Program-made: the position numbers and the translations under genes | In this document: positions 29,922 to 39,400 of the stretch, one piece after another | Layout of the letters: every line of letters begins with the position of its first letter | Position numbering within the stretch: position 1 is the stretch's first letter | NCBI GenBank assembly: GCA_963786375.1 | Contig: CAWAYP010000013.1 | Location: 15,479 to 79,478, forward strand | Reading direction: 5' to 3' | Source: an uncultured Verrucomicrobiae bacterium | GTDB taxonomy: Bacteria; Verrucomicrobiota; Verrucomicrobiia; Limisphaerales; UBA11358 | DNA: 64,000 nucleotides | Notes under the pieces: model-generated | The model's database searches: none | What the model saw: the letters and a program-made list of their open reading frames with translations, nothing else | What the model was told of the DNA's origin: nothing

Positions 29922-31283
29922 ATGAACTGGCGTGGCGGCATCAGAGTCGCATTGCTGCTGGCGCTTGTGGCTCTATGCCTTTTTGAATTTGTATTGCATT
30001 GGCGGAGCAGGATTTTCTGTGAGTTTGAAGCACCGTTACTTCAAGCACAATGGATGCTGCTAATTTGCCTAGTTATTTGGTGTAGCAATTTTCTCATTTT
30101 AACATTCAGCGTGATCGATTTGCCGTTGATCGGTCTGCTTCTCGTTGCCATGGCCGCATATCTAATCGGTGATGCAGCGGTCTGGCGGGAGACGGATGCC
30201 ATCATTCTATTGGCGGGCGCAACCCTGGGCAAGGGGGCGCGGTTCGCGTTGATTGGAGATGGGAGATGGAAGATGGAAGATGGGAAAAATAATTTAGAAA
30301 TCGTAAATCGTAAATCAGCGATTGTAAATTTTTTGGTCGGCTTGGTCGTGTTGCTGACTTTTTCGTCTTGGTGGCATTTGGATGTACCGAATTATTTTTA
30401 TCAAGGGCTGCGCTGGACGGGGCTTTGGGACAATCCTAACATTTACGGAATGTTGATGGGTGCGGGGCTAGTGCTGGCGGCAGGCCTGTTGATTGAGGAG
30501 CACAGCTGCTGTTCACCGCACCTTGCATCGAACCTGGGAAATGCTAACGACGAAGCGTCGCTGGCTGCGCGCGGGGCTCTCTCTCGCTCTCTCATTTTTC
30601 TTTGGATTGGAGCCGGCATGACGGCAGTAGGTTTGTTTTTCAGTTACAGCCGGGGTGCATGGTTGGGAACGGCGATTGGCCTGCTGTATCTGGCAAAGGC
30701 GCATTGCAAATTCAAGTGGAGTTGGGTGCTGCCGGGAATCTTGGTGGCTGCTACCGCAGTATATTTGTTTTGGCATTCCACGGCGGACGATGCCGCGTGG
30801 TATCTCAAGCGTCTGGATCTTGGCCGGCCGTCAGCCCAGCACAGAGTTGCTGCCTGGAAGGCGGCAGTCCATATCATGCGGGATCATCCATTGGGCGTGG
30901 GCTGGAACCAGGCGGTTAACGTCTATGAGAAAAATTATTCGCCGCCTGAAAACGGCGCTGCAGCGATCACCATGAACAGCTATTTGATGTTGGGAACGGA
31001 GTTGGGCTTGCCGGGACTGCTTTGTTTTGTCGGGTATGTGGCGCTGTGCTTGGGAACTGGAAGATGGAACATCGCAAATAGACCACGCCTCACCATGCCT
31101 CATCCTCAGCTCCTCTCCAATCCGATTAGAGAGGGTGGCAAAATTGCCTGCCGCGCGGGGGCTTTGGCGTTGCTAGTGGCATTTTGGTTTGATGGAGGGT
31201 TGTTCACGCTGGCAACGGCGTCTGTGTTCTGGATTTTGCTGGAATTGGGAACTGCGCACGCGGCAACTCTCACAAGCTGCTAA
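29922..31283 (+). CDS. Wzy_C/O-antigen-ligase-like polytopic membrane protein (intact)
   Basis: Multi-TM profile with FSYSRGAWLGTAIGLLYL, HRVAAWKAAVHIMRDHPLGVGWN and NSYLMLGTELGLPG. ORF 29772..31283 trimmed to MNWRGG by alignment with the paralog start MNWHSG. Confidence 0.85.
   Translation: MNWRGGIRVALLLALVALCLFEFVLHWRSRIFCEFEAPLLQAQWMLLICLVIWCSNFLILTFSVIDLPLIGLLLVAMAAYLIGDAAVWRETDAIILLAGATLGKGARFALIGDGRWKMEDGKNNLEIVNRKSAIVNFLVGLVVLLTFSSWWHLDVPNYFYQGLRWTGLWDNPNIYGMLMGAGLVLAAGLLIEEHSCCSPHLASNLGNANDEASLAARGALSRSLIFLWIGAGMTAVGLFFSYSRGAWLGTAIGLLYLAKAHCKFKWSWVLPGILVAATAVYLFWHSTADDAAWYLKRLDLGRPSAQHRVAAWKAAVHIMRDHPLGVGWNQAVNVYEKNYSPPENGAAAITMNSYLMLGTELGLPGLLCFVGYVALCLGTGRWNIANRPRLTMPHPQLLSNPIREGGKIACRAGALALLVAFWFDGGLFTLATASVFWILLELGTAHAATLTSC
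30256..30318 (+). repeat. heptamer repeats inside the intact Wzy_C gene: (RAGATGG) x4 at 30256-30283 and (AAATCGT) x3 at 30298-30318
   Basis: Counted directly. They translate as GDGRWKMEDG and EIVNRKSAIV. Confidence 0.9.
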
Positions 31284-31341
31284 CAAAACTTCTTGGCGCA
31301 GCGCACCGCAGCCTGCTGTGTTGAAGATAAATAAATCAAAA

Positions 31342-31361
31342 GTGCCAGCAGAAGTGCCAGC
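31342..31361 (+). repeat. GTGCCAGC x2, 12-bp period (right-end partner of 4531-4550)
   Basis: aaaGTGCCAGCagaaGTGCCAGCaaac, 59 bp after the Wzy_C stop and about 145 bp left of the second core repeat. Confidence 0.5.
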
Positions 31362-31506
31362 AAACATCATCGGTGGGGAGTAAATTGGAGTTAAAAAAGG
31401 CCAGCTGCAGTTATCCTTGATATAATGCATGAAAGCCTTTAGTATCAACCTCACGGTGATGATTTAGATAGTTGATTTCGAGTGGCTTGTGGAAGGCGGG
31501 ACGCGT

Positions 31507-31529
31507 CCGATTCCGACCCTCGCCTCCAA
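31507..31529 (+). repeat. att-core-like repeat, copy 2
   Basis: CCGATTCCGACCCTCGCCTCCAA, 21/23 identical to 4463-4485. Confidence 0.45.
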
Positions 31530-31575
31530 GTTTTGCTGCGTGAGCGGCAAGGGGTTAGGCAAATCGGAACGGCCA

Positions 31576-31595
31576 CTGTCAGTGAAACTGTCAGT
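31576..31595 (+). repeat. CTGTCAGT x2, 12-bp period
   Basis: caCTGTCAGTgaaaCTGTCAGTaaaa. Related by transitions to CTGCCAGCAAAA x3 at 33995-34026. Confidence 0.5.
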
Positions 31596-31717
31596 AAAAT
31601 GGCTTGTAAGATTACTACTCGCCAGAACTAGCCAGAACTAGCTGAAACTCGCCCACTACTCGCTAACGCGAGTGAGCCGGACAGGTTCACGATTCATGAC
31701 AAAAGAAAGGCATTGTC

Positions 31718-32713
31718 ATGAAACAGCGTTTTATCCTGTTCCGGCGCGCGGGAGTGTTCTACTACGAGGACACCAGCACCGGCCAACAACTCAGCCTCCG
31801 CACCAAGGACGAAGCGGAAGCCCGCACCCTGCTTAACGCCAAGAACGAGTCGTTCCGGCAGCCGGTGTTGAACCGGCAGATTGCCCGCACCTATCTGGCG
31901 GCGACCGATTCGGCGATGGCCACGCGCATCTGGCAGGTGCCGATGGACGAAATGACCAAGACCAAGACCGGGGCAACACGCCTGCGGCACGAGTGCGCCA
32001 TGCGGGACAAGGCGTTTGACCTGATCCGCCACCTGCCGATTCTGGAAACCCACTCGGCCCACTTCCTGAAAGTGCTGGAATTGGGAACCGTCTCAACGAA
32101 TGTTTACCTACGACGGATTCACAACTTTGCCTTGGACATGAACTGGCTGCCGTGGCCCATCCTGCCCAAGAAGCAATGGCCGCAAGTGCGCTTCAAAGAA
32201 AAACGTGCCATCACACTTGAAGAACACCAGCGCATTATTGAGGCCGAAGTGAACCCGGAACGCAAAAACCTTTACCAGTTGTGCTGGTACTTGGGCGCAA
32301 GTCAGGGTGACATTGCCAGCTTGAAGGGGGAGGACGTGGACTGGAAAAACGGCACCGTCAGTTTCATCCGCAAAAAGACCGGCGTGCCGGTGCTCGTCCA
32401 CTTGGGCGCGGAAGCTCTGAATCTGTTCAAAGACCTGCCCGCCGAAGGTTTGTTGTTTCCGTATCTTGCGAGTGTGAGAGCAGGGGACAGAGCCACGGAG
32501 TTTAAGCAACGGTGCAAGCAACTGGGCATCCAAGGGGTTACACTCCACAGCTACCGGTACGCTTGGGCAGAACGCGCCAAAATGGTTGGCTACCCGGAAC
32601 GGTTTGCGCAGGAGGCTTTGGGACATAACAGCAAGGCGGTACATCGGGCCTATGCGAGACGGGCGCTGATGAAGATTCCGTCACTGGAAGAATACGAGCA
32701 ACGGGTGGCCTAA
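31718..32713 (+). CDS. tyrosine recombinase/integrase int2 (intact)
   Basis: 331 aa with ...VTLHSYRYAWAERAKMVGYPERFAQEALGHNSKAVHRAYAR.... Full-length paralog of int1. Confidence 0.9.
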   Translation: MKQRFILFRRAGVFYYEDTSTGQQLSLRTKDEAEARTLLNAKNESFRQPVLNRQIARTYLAATDSAMATRIWQVPMDEMTKTKTGATRLRHECAMRDKAFDLIRHLPILETHSAHFLKVLELGTVSTNVYLRRIHNFALDMNWLPWPILPKKQWPQVRFKEKRAITLEEHQRIIEAEVNPERKNLYQLCWYLGASQGDIASLKGEDVDWKNGTVSFIRKKTGVPVLVHLGAEALNLFKDLPAEGLLFPYLASVRAGDRATEFKQRCKQLGIQGVTLHSYRYAWAERAKMVGYPERFAQEALGHNSKAVHRAYARRALMKIPSLEEYEQRVA

Positions 32714-32793
32714 CGAAAAAAGCTGAGCCACGCCGACCGGCGAGCGGCTCCGCAATCTCGATAATCGTTGTATAACTCAAACCATCCATAAAC

Positions 32794-33060
32794 TCAAGGC
32801 GCAGTCGGCGTTGGCTCCAGCGCAGTGTTAGGCCGCTTCAGGAGTGTAGTGCCCAAAAAGAACAACAAGGAAAGACCGCACAATGCCAAGAGGCTTGGCT
32901 CTGGCACTTGCTCTGGCGAAAACTGAATATTATCAAGGAGAGAGCCGTCGTCCCCAGATGGGTTCAGCCAAGGCTTTGTAAACCGCAGTTCTCCCGTCTG
33001 CCCGGCATATGCCGAAATGTCCACGCCCCATACTTGACCCATTTTTGTAGGAAGGATCAT
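32794..33060 (-). pseudogene. C-terminal fragment of a PEP-CTERM protein
   Basis: ...LDNIQFSPEQVPEPSLLALCGLSLLFFLGTTLLKR gives the PEP motif, a TM segment and a basic end. There is no N-terminal domain or signal peptide upstream. Confidence 0.6.
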
Positions 33061-33099
33061 GTCCGTATGGTTTCGAAAAATGGCCTAAAGTGATATGTC

Positions 33100-33762
33100 A
33101 TGGCAGTTGACTCCAACCTGAAATTTATCTGCGCTATAATCGCGACTGTATTAGTCATTGTTGGCTACTGCCCATATTTCAGGGATATTATCAGGGGAAA
33201 GACAACTCCTCATTTGTATACATGGCTCATTTGGGTGATCACTCAGGTAACAGCGACTTTTGGCTCGTGGTATGGTGGCGGTAAGTTCGGCGCTCTAAGC
33301 CTCGCTATAGGGACCATCCTTGTAATTGCTATTTTTTGTCTTGCTCTCAAGTATGGGACAAAAAACATCACAAAGAGTGATACTGTATTGCTCATCGTGG
33401 CATTACTCGCCATCGTTGTTTGGTGGCAAATGGGCAACCGTCTCATTGCGGTTTTAATGGCTACCGCGATTGATGTTATTGCTTACATTCCGACGATAAG
33501 AAAATCCATCATAAAGCCTCGAAGCGAGACTCTTTCCTTCTGGGCTATTACGGGGCGGTCCGGCCACAGGCTGCTGGCATTGGAGTTTGCGGGGGGACTC
33601 CGCCCGCGCAATGGCAATCGGCTTTGGGACCGGCTGCATGGCTATCTCCTTCGTTTCGGCCAGCGGGCCGCCGACACCTTTTGCCGGTTAAAACAATCCC
33701 GTCGTCACCACCAACACTTGCAGAAACATGAGCACCAAGTCACCCGAATGTTACACCACTGA
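33100..33762 (+). pseudogene. PQ-loop-like small membrane protein, 3' part replaced by non-membrane sequence
   Basis: The first ~150 aa are TM-rich (GYCPYFRDIIRGKTTPHLYTWLIW...). After ...ETLSFWAIT the ORF turns into Arg/His-rich junk. Confidence 0.4.
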
Positions 33763-33994
33763 AACGACCGTCGCCGTGCCGCAGGCGGAAGCACGCCAAA
33801 CATTTGGTATTGTGCGGATGCTGCTCGTGACGAGCGCGCTTTTTGCGGAACGAAACGGGCATGGTCGTGACGGGAACAGGGCCGACCATCAGCCGGTGAA
33901 GTGAAGCATAAAAGCGCGTTGGTCACGGCGGAACAAGTGTGTCCACGAATGCATGGTTGCCAGTAAAAACGGGTCATGATTTTATGGTTTTCGA

Positions 33995-34026
33995 CTGCCA
34001 GCAAAACTGCCAGCAAAACTGCCAGC
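33995..34026 (+). repeat. CTGCCAGC(AAAA) x3, 12-bp period
   Basis: gaCTGCCAGCaaaaCTGCCAGCaaaaCTGCCAGCaatgg. Confidence 0.5.
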
Positions 34027-34195
34027 AATGGTGTCGTAAAAGAGTAATGCGGGAGTTGTTTTAGAGTTTTGAAGGGGTGGTTAAAAGCTTGACGAAAGCG
34101 TCAAAACCTGCGATTTATCAGGGGTTGCAGCGTAAGTTCTGCAACTTGCGTTCTGGCGGGGACATCGGAAGTTTGGCGTAAATTGAAAGTTTGGT

Positions 34196-34216
34196 CAATT
34201 CCGCCCCCAGCCACCA
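34196..34216 (+). repeat. diverged core-like motif, copy 3 (CAATTCCGCCCCCAGCCACCA)
   Basis: 16/21 identical to the 31508-31528 core. It also reads as T-loop end, T-stem, acceptor, A and CCA. Confidence 0.3.
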
Positions 34217-34377
34217 CTCCCAACTGTGAGTGCAGCAATGGGTTAGGAGGTTGATGGGTCCAAACGGACACCATTTTCACTACTCCGTCAGAATTCGGCG
34301 TAACCGGAGCTAACTCGCCCACTGCTCCGTAACACTGCGGATTCGGTTTCATTTATCCTCGCGGTTGCGTGAAAATT

Positions 34378-34989
34378 ATGAAAACACGTTACCGCTTAAC
34401 CCGTCGAGGCAGCCGGGGAGACACTTTTTACTTTGTGGACACCGTTGCCCGCAAACACCACAGCCTGCACACGACAGACGAACACAAGGCTCTGCAAATC
34501 GTCGAGGCTAAAAATCTGGCCGAACGCCAGCCGGAAACTAACCTGCAAATCGCCAAAGCCTGCCTTGCGGCCACGGATGAAAACTTTATCAACCGCACCT
34601 GGCGCGAGGTCATGGCTGAATTCATCAAAACCAAAACCGGCAACAACCGCACCCGTTCGGAACGCGCGGTCATGGACAAATCTTTCGACACAAGCGAGGC
34701 GTGGCCGCACGAACAGCAACAGTTCGTCCGGTGGTGCCGAAGTCCCCGGCGCCGTTTCAACCATCTTGACCAAGCCGCCGCTTAAGAATGCATCTTGAAC
34801 CTTTAAAGACGCGCAATTACGGAAGTTCCATGACTGATATTTGGGTCACGCGGGTTGCGCGACTCTGTCTCTGAAAACGCGCTGATCGTGGCGAAAGCAA
34901 ATCGCAGTTGCCGTCGTGAAAGAATCATCGGTATTTCGTTGCATTCCTACCGCTAGGCGTGGACACAACGGGCAAAGAAAGTCGGCTAG
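34378..34989 (+). pseudogene. integrase int3 wreck: N-terminal domain, internal deletion, and a C-terminal piece with TAG in place of Tyr
   Basis: The N-terminus MKTRYRLTRRGSRGDTFYFVD...LQIAKACLAATDENFINRTW aligns with int1 and int2. At 34930-34989 the sequence reads GISLHSYR*AWTQRAKKVG*, compared with G(V)SLHSYRYAWAERAKKAG in int1. Confidence 0.75.
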
Positions 34990-35030
34990 CTTAACTTCAC
35001 AATATGCCAGCAATAAAAGCAGGTTTGACC

Positions 35031-36299
35031 TCAAAAACTATAACCCAATCCTATGGTTATGAACATTGATTTGCTGAGATCCAATTGTATCGCCTGACCG
35101 CCAAAGTTATGCTCATAAGTGCCCAGGTATTGGTATTGCACGCCGCCTTCGGCGCTCCAGCGTTCCGATAATTGCCAAGCTACCTGCGCGCTCAAGTAAC
35201 CGCCCCAGAGCAAGCCAAGGTCACTGCCGCCGCCGGAGCCAACCATTGTGCCCCCACCGGCAAGGGAGGCGGTTTCTGTCCAGGACGCCGAACCATCCGC
35301 CACTGCCACTGCCAAACCTCCGGAAAGCCACAAATCTATGTTCTGGTTGAGCGGATACTCGGCGTAAGGCCCAAGCCGGAAGCCCCAAATGTCGGCGTTG
35401 TAATTTCGCTGATCCACAATGGTCGCACCGCCAAGAATCGATGTGGTGGTCGTACTAACGGGCGTATTGCCAAGTAGAAAGCCCGGCCCGGCGAAACTGC
35501 CTTGATAGGCAGGCGGTGTCGGCGGTGGAGTCGTGCCGGGAGTAAATGGGTAGGCATCGGTCAAAGTACTCACATTTCCGGAAAAGGTAGTCGTATCTTT
35601 CAATGAAAGATTCATGTAGTTCACCGCTGCTTCAAGGCCGTAGTGCAGTTTGTCCCGGTTGCCTAATTCACGGTCGTAGGTAAATTCAAAACCGCTTTGC
35701 GGATTGCCACCATCAATGCCGGCACCGGACGGCGCATCCGCTGAAACGGTGGAACGGTGCATTAAAATTGTATTGCCGGCAATCTGGCCGGCTTGGTCGT
35801 AACCCCAATTCCAAGTCACAGGAAAGGCAGAGTTGATGCTACTAGGGAGGACGTAGCCGTCATCATAATTGTATTGGCTCCCATCCGGAGTGGTGCGCGG
35901 CGGCGCGGTCAGGGATATGCCACTCATGCTTCTGAATTTCGCCGAAATATTCAGGCCGAAACGCGCGTTCAAACTGAAGCGGTTCAGCCGGTTTGTAACC
36001 AAGCGGGGAAGTTCCTCGAAAGTCCAACGGGGAAACTCCTCGTTTGTACTCAAACGGTCAACAGCTCCATAACTGGCTGTGGCTGCCGGGGCGTTTGTCG
36101 GGAGATTGTTTGTCATCAGGTTCTCGTTTGTAATCAAAACACCGGAATTTTGATTTGACGACAAAGTTACCGTTGGAACCGCCTTGGGGACTTGAACCGG
36201 CGGTGCTGACGCGGTCCGCCGACAACCACGACGCGTAACAAGTATGATCACGATCAAACATACGCCAATCGCAAGTGGAACCAGTAATTTCGGTTTCAT
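35031..36299 (-). CDS. putative outer-membrane beta-barrel protein
   Basis: 422 aa with an N-terminal TM/signal. The C-terminal half has alternating aromatic/Gly strands and ends ...FITIGLGYSF (terminal Phe). It is the last gene of the adhesin operon. Confidence 0.55.
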   Translation of the reverse strand: MKPKLLVPLAIGVCLIVIILVTRRGCRRTASAPPVQVPKAVPTVTLSSNQNSGVLITNENLMTNNLPTNAPAATASYGAVDRLSTNEEFPRWTFEELPRLVTNRLNRFSLNARFGLNISAKFRSMSGISLTAPPRTTPDGSQYNYDDGYVLPSSINSAFPVTWNWGYDQAGQIAGNTILMHRSTVSADAPSGAGIDGGNPQSGFEFTYDRELGNRDKLHYGLEAAVNYMNLSLKDTTTFSGNVSTLTDAYPFTPGTTPPPTPPAYQGSFAGPGFLLGNTPVSTTTTSILGGATIVDQRNYNADIWGFRLGPYAEYPLNQNIDLWLSGGLAVAVADGSASWTETASLAGGGTMVGSGGGSDLGLLWGGYLSAQVAWQLSERWSAEGGVQYQYLGTYEHNFGGQAIQLDLSKSMFITIGLGYSF

Positions 36300-36418
36300 A
36301 GCGGTTGAAGTGTAAGGTTCAGGGCATCCAGTCGCTCTGCCGAAACAGCCACTGGCACAAACAACACCAGCAACACCAGCGTGGCCAAGGTGGGCAATGG
36401 GTAAGAGCGTTTGTTCAT
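36296..36418 (-). CDS. 40-aa single-TM peptide
   Basis: MNKRSYPLPTLATLVLLVLFVPVAVSAERLDALNLTLQPL. Starts 8 nt after the adhesin stop, and its stop overlaps the start of 35031..36299 (ATGA). Confidence 0.35.
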   Translation of the reverse strand: MNKRSYPLPTLATLVLLVLFVPVAVSAERLDALNLTLQPL

Positions 36419-36425
36419 GTTTGCA

Positions 36426-39400
36426 TCAGGGATTAAGCACGAGAATGACCCGATAAAACCGGCTGGTAATTGAGAATGGTTTGCTGTCCGTCTTGGGCGG
36501 GCCGTCATCATACCACTGGGTGGCAGTTGCGTTGGCAGTAATGGACGGTGTGGCGATCTGCCAGGTAATCAGGTCGTCGCTGTAAAGGACCAAATAAGTA
36601 TTCCCGGGAGTCGTCGGAAAACCGATCACGACACGCGGATCGCCCGCAATGCGCGTGTCCAAAAATATCTGGCTGATAAATACCCCGTTTGTTCCGAGTG
36701 GATTGGTATACACCGGCTGAATCACAAACGCCGTCAAACTGTTCGTGAACGGCAACAGGCTGGGATCGTAAAATTCCAGCGCGAAACTGACTGTGTCACC
36801 CGGATTCAACGGGTAATTGTATTGCACATACGGTGTGCCGTTGTTGGTGCCCGCAGCGTCGTAAAGTGTCACATTGCTGGGCAGTCCACCGACCAGCAAA
36901 CCCACTCCGGCAACCGTCGTCGAACCGATGTTCGTCACCGTTACCGACTCTTCAAACAATCCGGTTTGTGGATTAAGCACTGGCTTGCCGGAGGCAGCGA
37001 GCGCGAACTGCGCCGACGAAACGGTTGTCTGGACTTGTGACGCGGGCGACGTGCCGTTGTTGTTTGTCGGATTCGGGTCCGGCGTGCTTGACAACGCCGA
37101 GGCGATGTTCGTGAACACACCCGCATTTGTCGCAGTGATAGCAATGGTGAAGTTTGTCGAACCACCGTTGGTCAAAGCGGGAATCGTCGGCCAGTTGACG
37201 ACATTATTCGAGAATGAACCACCTGCCGACGCACTATTAAAGTTCAGGCCAGCCGGCAGATTGTTACTCACCACGATGTTGGACGCCGTCGAAGGCCCGC
37301 CGTTGGTTACAACGATGGTGTAAACAAAACTGTCTCCAACCGTAACATTGGTGGGACCGGACAGGAGAACAATCAAGTCCGCCACCAGCGTTACCGGGGT
37401 GACGGTGGTGATGACCGGCGGGGTCAGGTTGTTCGTCAGGTTGGGATCACCGGTGGGTGTGCTGACGGTGGCCACGTTGCTCAAGGAACCACTGGCCGGG
37501 GCCGTGACTGTGACGGTGACATTGCTGGTCTGGCCATTGGTCAGGATGCCCAGACTCCAGTTGACCACACCGCTGTTGTTCAACCCACCGCCCGAGGCAC
37601 TGACAAAGGTTACTCCCGTCGGCAAGGCGTCCGTCACCACCACGGCGCTGGCGCTGGAGGGACCGAAGTTGGTTACCGAGATTGTGTAAACCAGATTACT
37701 TGCCGCAAAGACTGACGCTGAACCTGTCTTGCCAATGGCCACATCGGCGACCGGGGTGACGGTGGTGATGACCGGCGGGGTCAGGTTGTTTGTCAGGTTG
37801 GGATCACCGGTGGGTGTGCTGACGGTGGCCACGTTGCTCAAGGAACCACTGGCCGGGGCCGTGACTGTGACGGTGACATTGCTGGTCTGGCCATTGGTCA
37901 GGATGCCCAGACTCCAGTTGACCACACCGCTGTTGTTGATGCCACCGCCCGAGGCGCTGACAAAGGTGACGGTGACTGGCAGACTGTCGGTGACCACCAC
38001 GGCGCTGGCGCTGGAGGGACCGAAGTTGGTTACCGAGATTGTGTAAACCAGATTACTTGCCGCAAAGACTGACGCTGAACCCGTCTTGCCAATGGCCACA
38101 TCGGCGACCGGGGTGACGGTGGTGATGACCGGCGGGGTCAGGTTGTTTGTCAGGTTGGGATCACCGGTGGGTGTGCTGACGGTGGCCACGTTGCTCAAGG
38201 AACCACTGGCCGGGGCCGTGACTGTGACGGTGACATTGCTGGTCTGGCCATTGGTCAGGATGCCCAGACTCCAGTTGACCACACCGCTGTTGTTGATGCC
38301 ACCGCCCGAGGCGCTGACAAAGGTGACGGTGACTGGCAGACTGTCGGTGACCACCACGGCGCTGGCGCTGGAGGGACCGAAGTTGGTTACCGAGATCGTG
38401 TAAACCAGGTTGCTGGCGGCCAGGACATTGGCTGGACCCGTCTTGCCAATGGCCACATCGGCGACCGGGGTGACGGTGGTGATGACCGGCGGGGTCAGGT
38501 TGTTTGTCAGGTTGGGATCACCGGTGGGTGTGCTGACGGTGGCCACGTTGCTCAAGGAACCACTGGCCGGGGCCGTGACTGTGACGGTGACATTGCTGGT
38601 CTGGCCATTGGTCAGGATGCCCAGACTCCAGTTGACCACACCGCTGTTGTTGATGCCACCGCCCGAGGCGCTGACAAAGGTGACGGTGACTGGCAGACGT
38701 CGGTGACCACCACGGCGCTGGCGCTGGAGGGACCGAAGTTGGTTACCGAGATCGTGTAAACCAGATTACTTGCCGCAAGGACTGACGCTGAACCCGTCTT
38801 GCCAATGGCCACATCGGCGACCGGGGTCACACTGGTCAATACTGGAGAGCTGGTGTTATTGCCTAAATTTGCATCGGCGGTGGTTGAAGTGACGACAGCA
38901 ATGTTGGTCACTATACCAGCGGCTGGCGCTTTAACCGTGACGGTGACATTGCTGGTCTGGCCATTGGTCAGGATGCCCAGACTCCAGTTGACCACACCGC
39001 TGTTGTTCAACCCACCGCCCGAGGCACTGACAAAGGTTACTCCCGTCGGCAAGGCGTCCGTCACCACCACGGCGCTGGCGCTGGAGGGACCGAAGTTGGT
39101 CACTGAAATCGTGTAAACCAGGTTGCTAAACGTCGACACAATGGCCGGACCCGTCTTGCCAATGGCCACATCGGCGACCGGGGTGACGGTGGTGATGACC
39201 GGCGGGGTCAGGTTGTTCGTCAGGTTGGGATCACCGGTGGGTGTGCTGACGGTGGCCACGTTGCTCAAGGAACCACTGGCCGGGGCCGTGACTGTGACGG
39301 TGACATTGCTGGTCTGGCCATTGGTCAGCGTGCCCAGACTCCAGTTGACCACACCGCTGTTGTTGATGCCACCGCCCGAGGCGCTGACAAAGGTGACGGT

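Larger units (their letters stand above)
4463..31529. mobile_element. E1: ~27-kb integrated (mobilisable) element bounded by a 23-bp imperfect direct repeat
   Basis: CCGATTCCGACC[TC/CT]CGCCTCCAA occurs at 4463-4485 and 31507-31529. GTGCCAGC octamer pairs lie just inside both ends. An integrase sits at the left end and a relaxase/ParA-like module is inside. The layout mirrors the tRNA-Ala islet at 58829-62134. Confidence 0.5.
31507..34216. mobile_element. E2: 2.7-kb remnant element (intact integrase plus gene debris)
   Basis: The left end has the core repeat, CTGTCAGT x2 (31576-31595) and int2. The right end has CTGCCAGC x3 (33995-34026) and a diverged core-like motif at 34196-34216. Confidence 0.4.
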
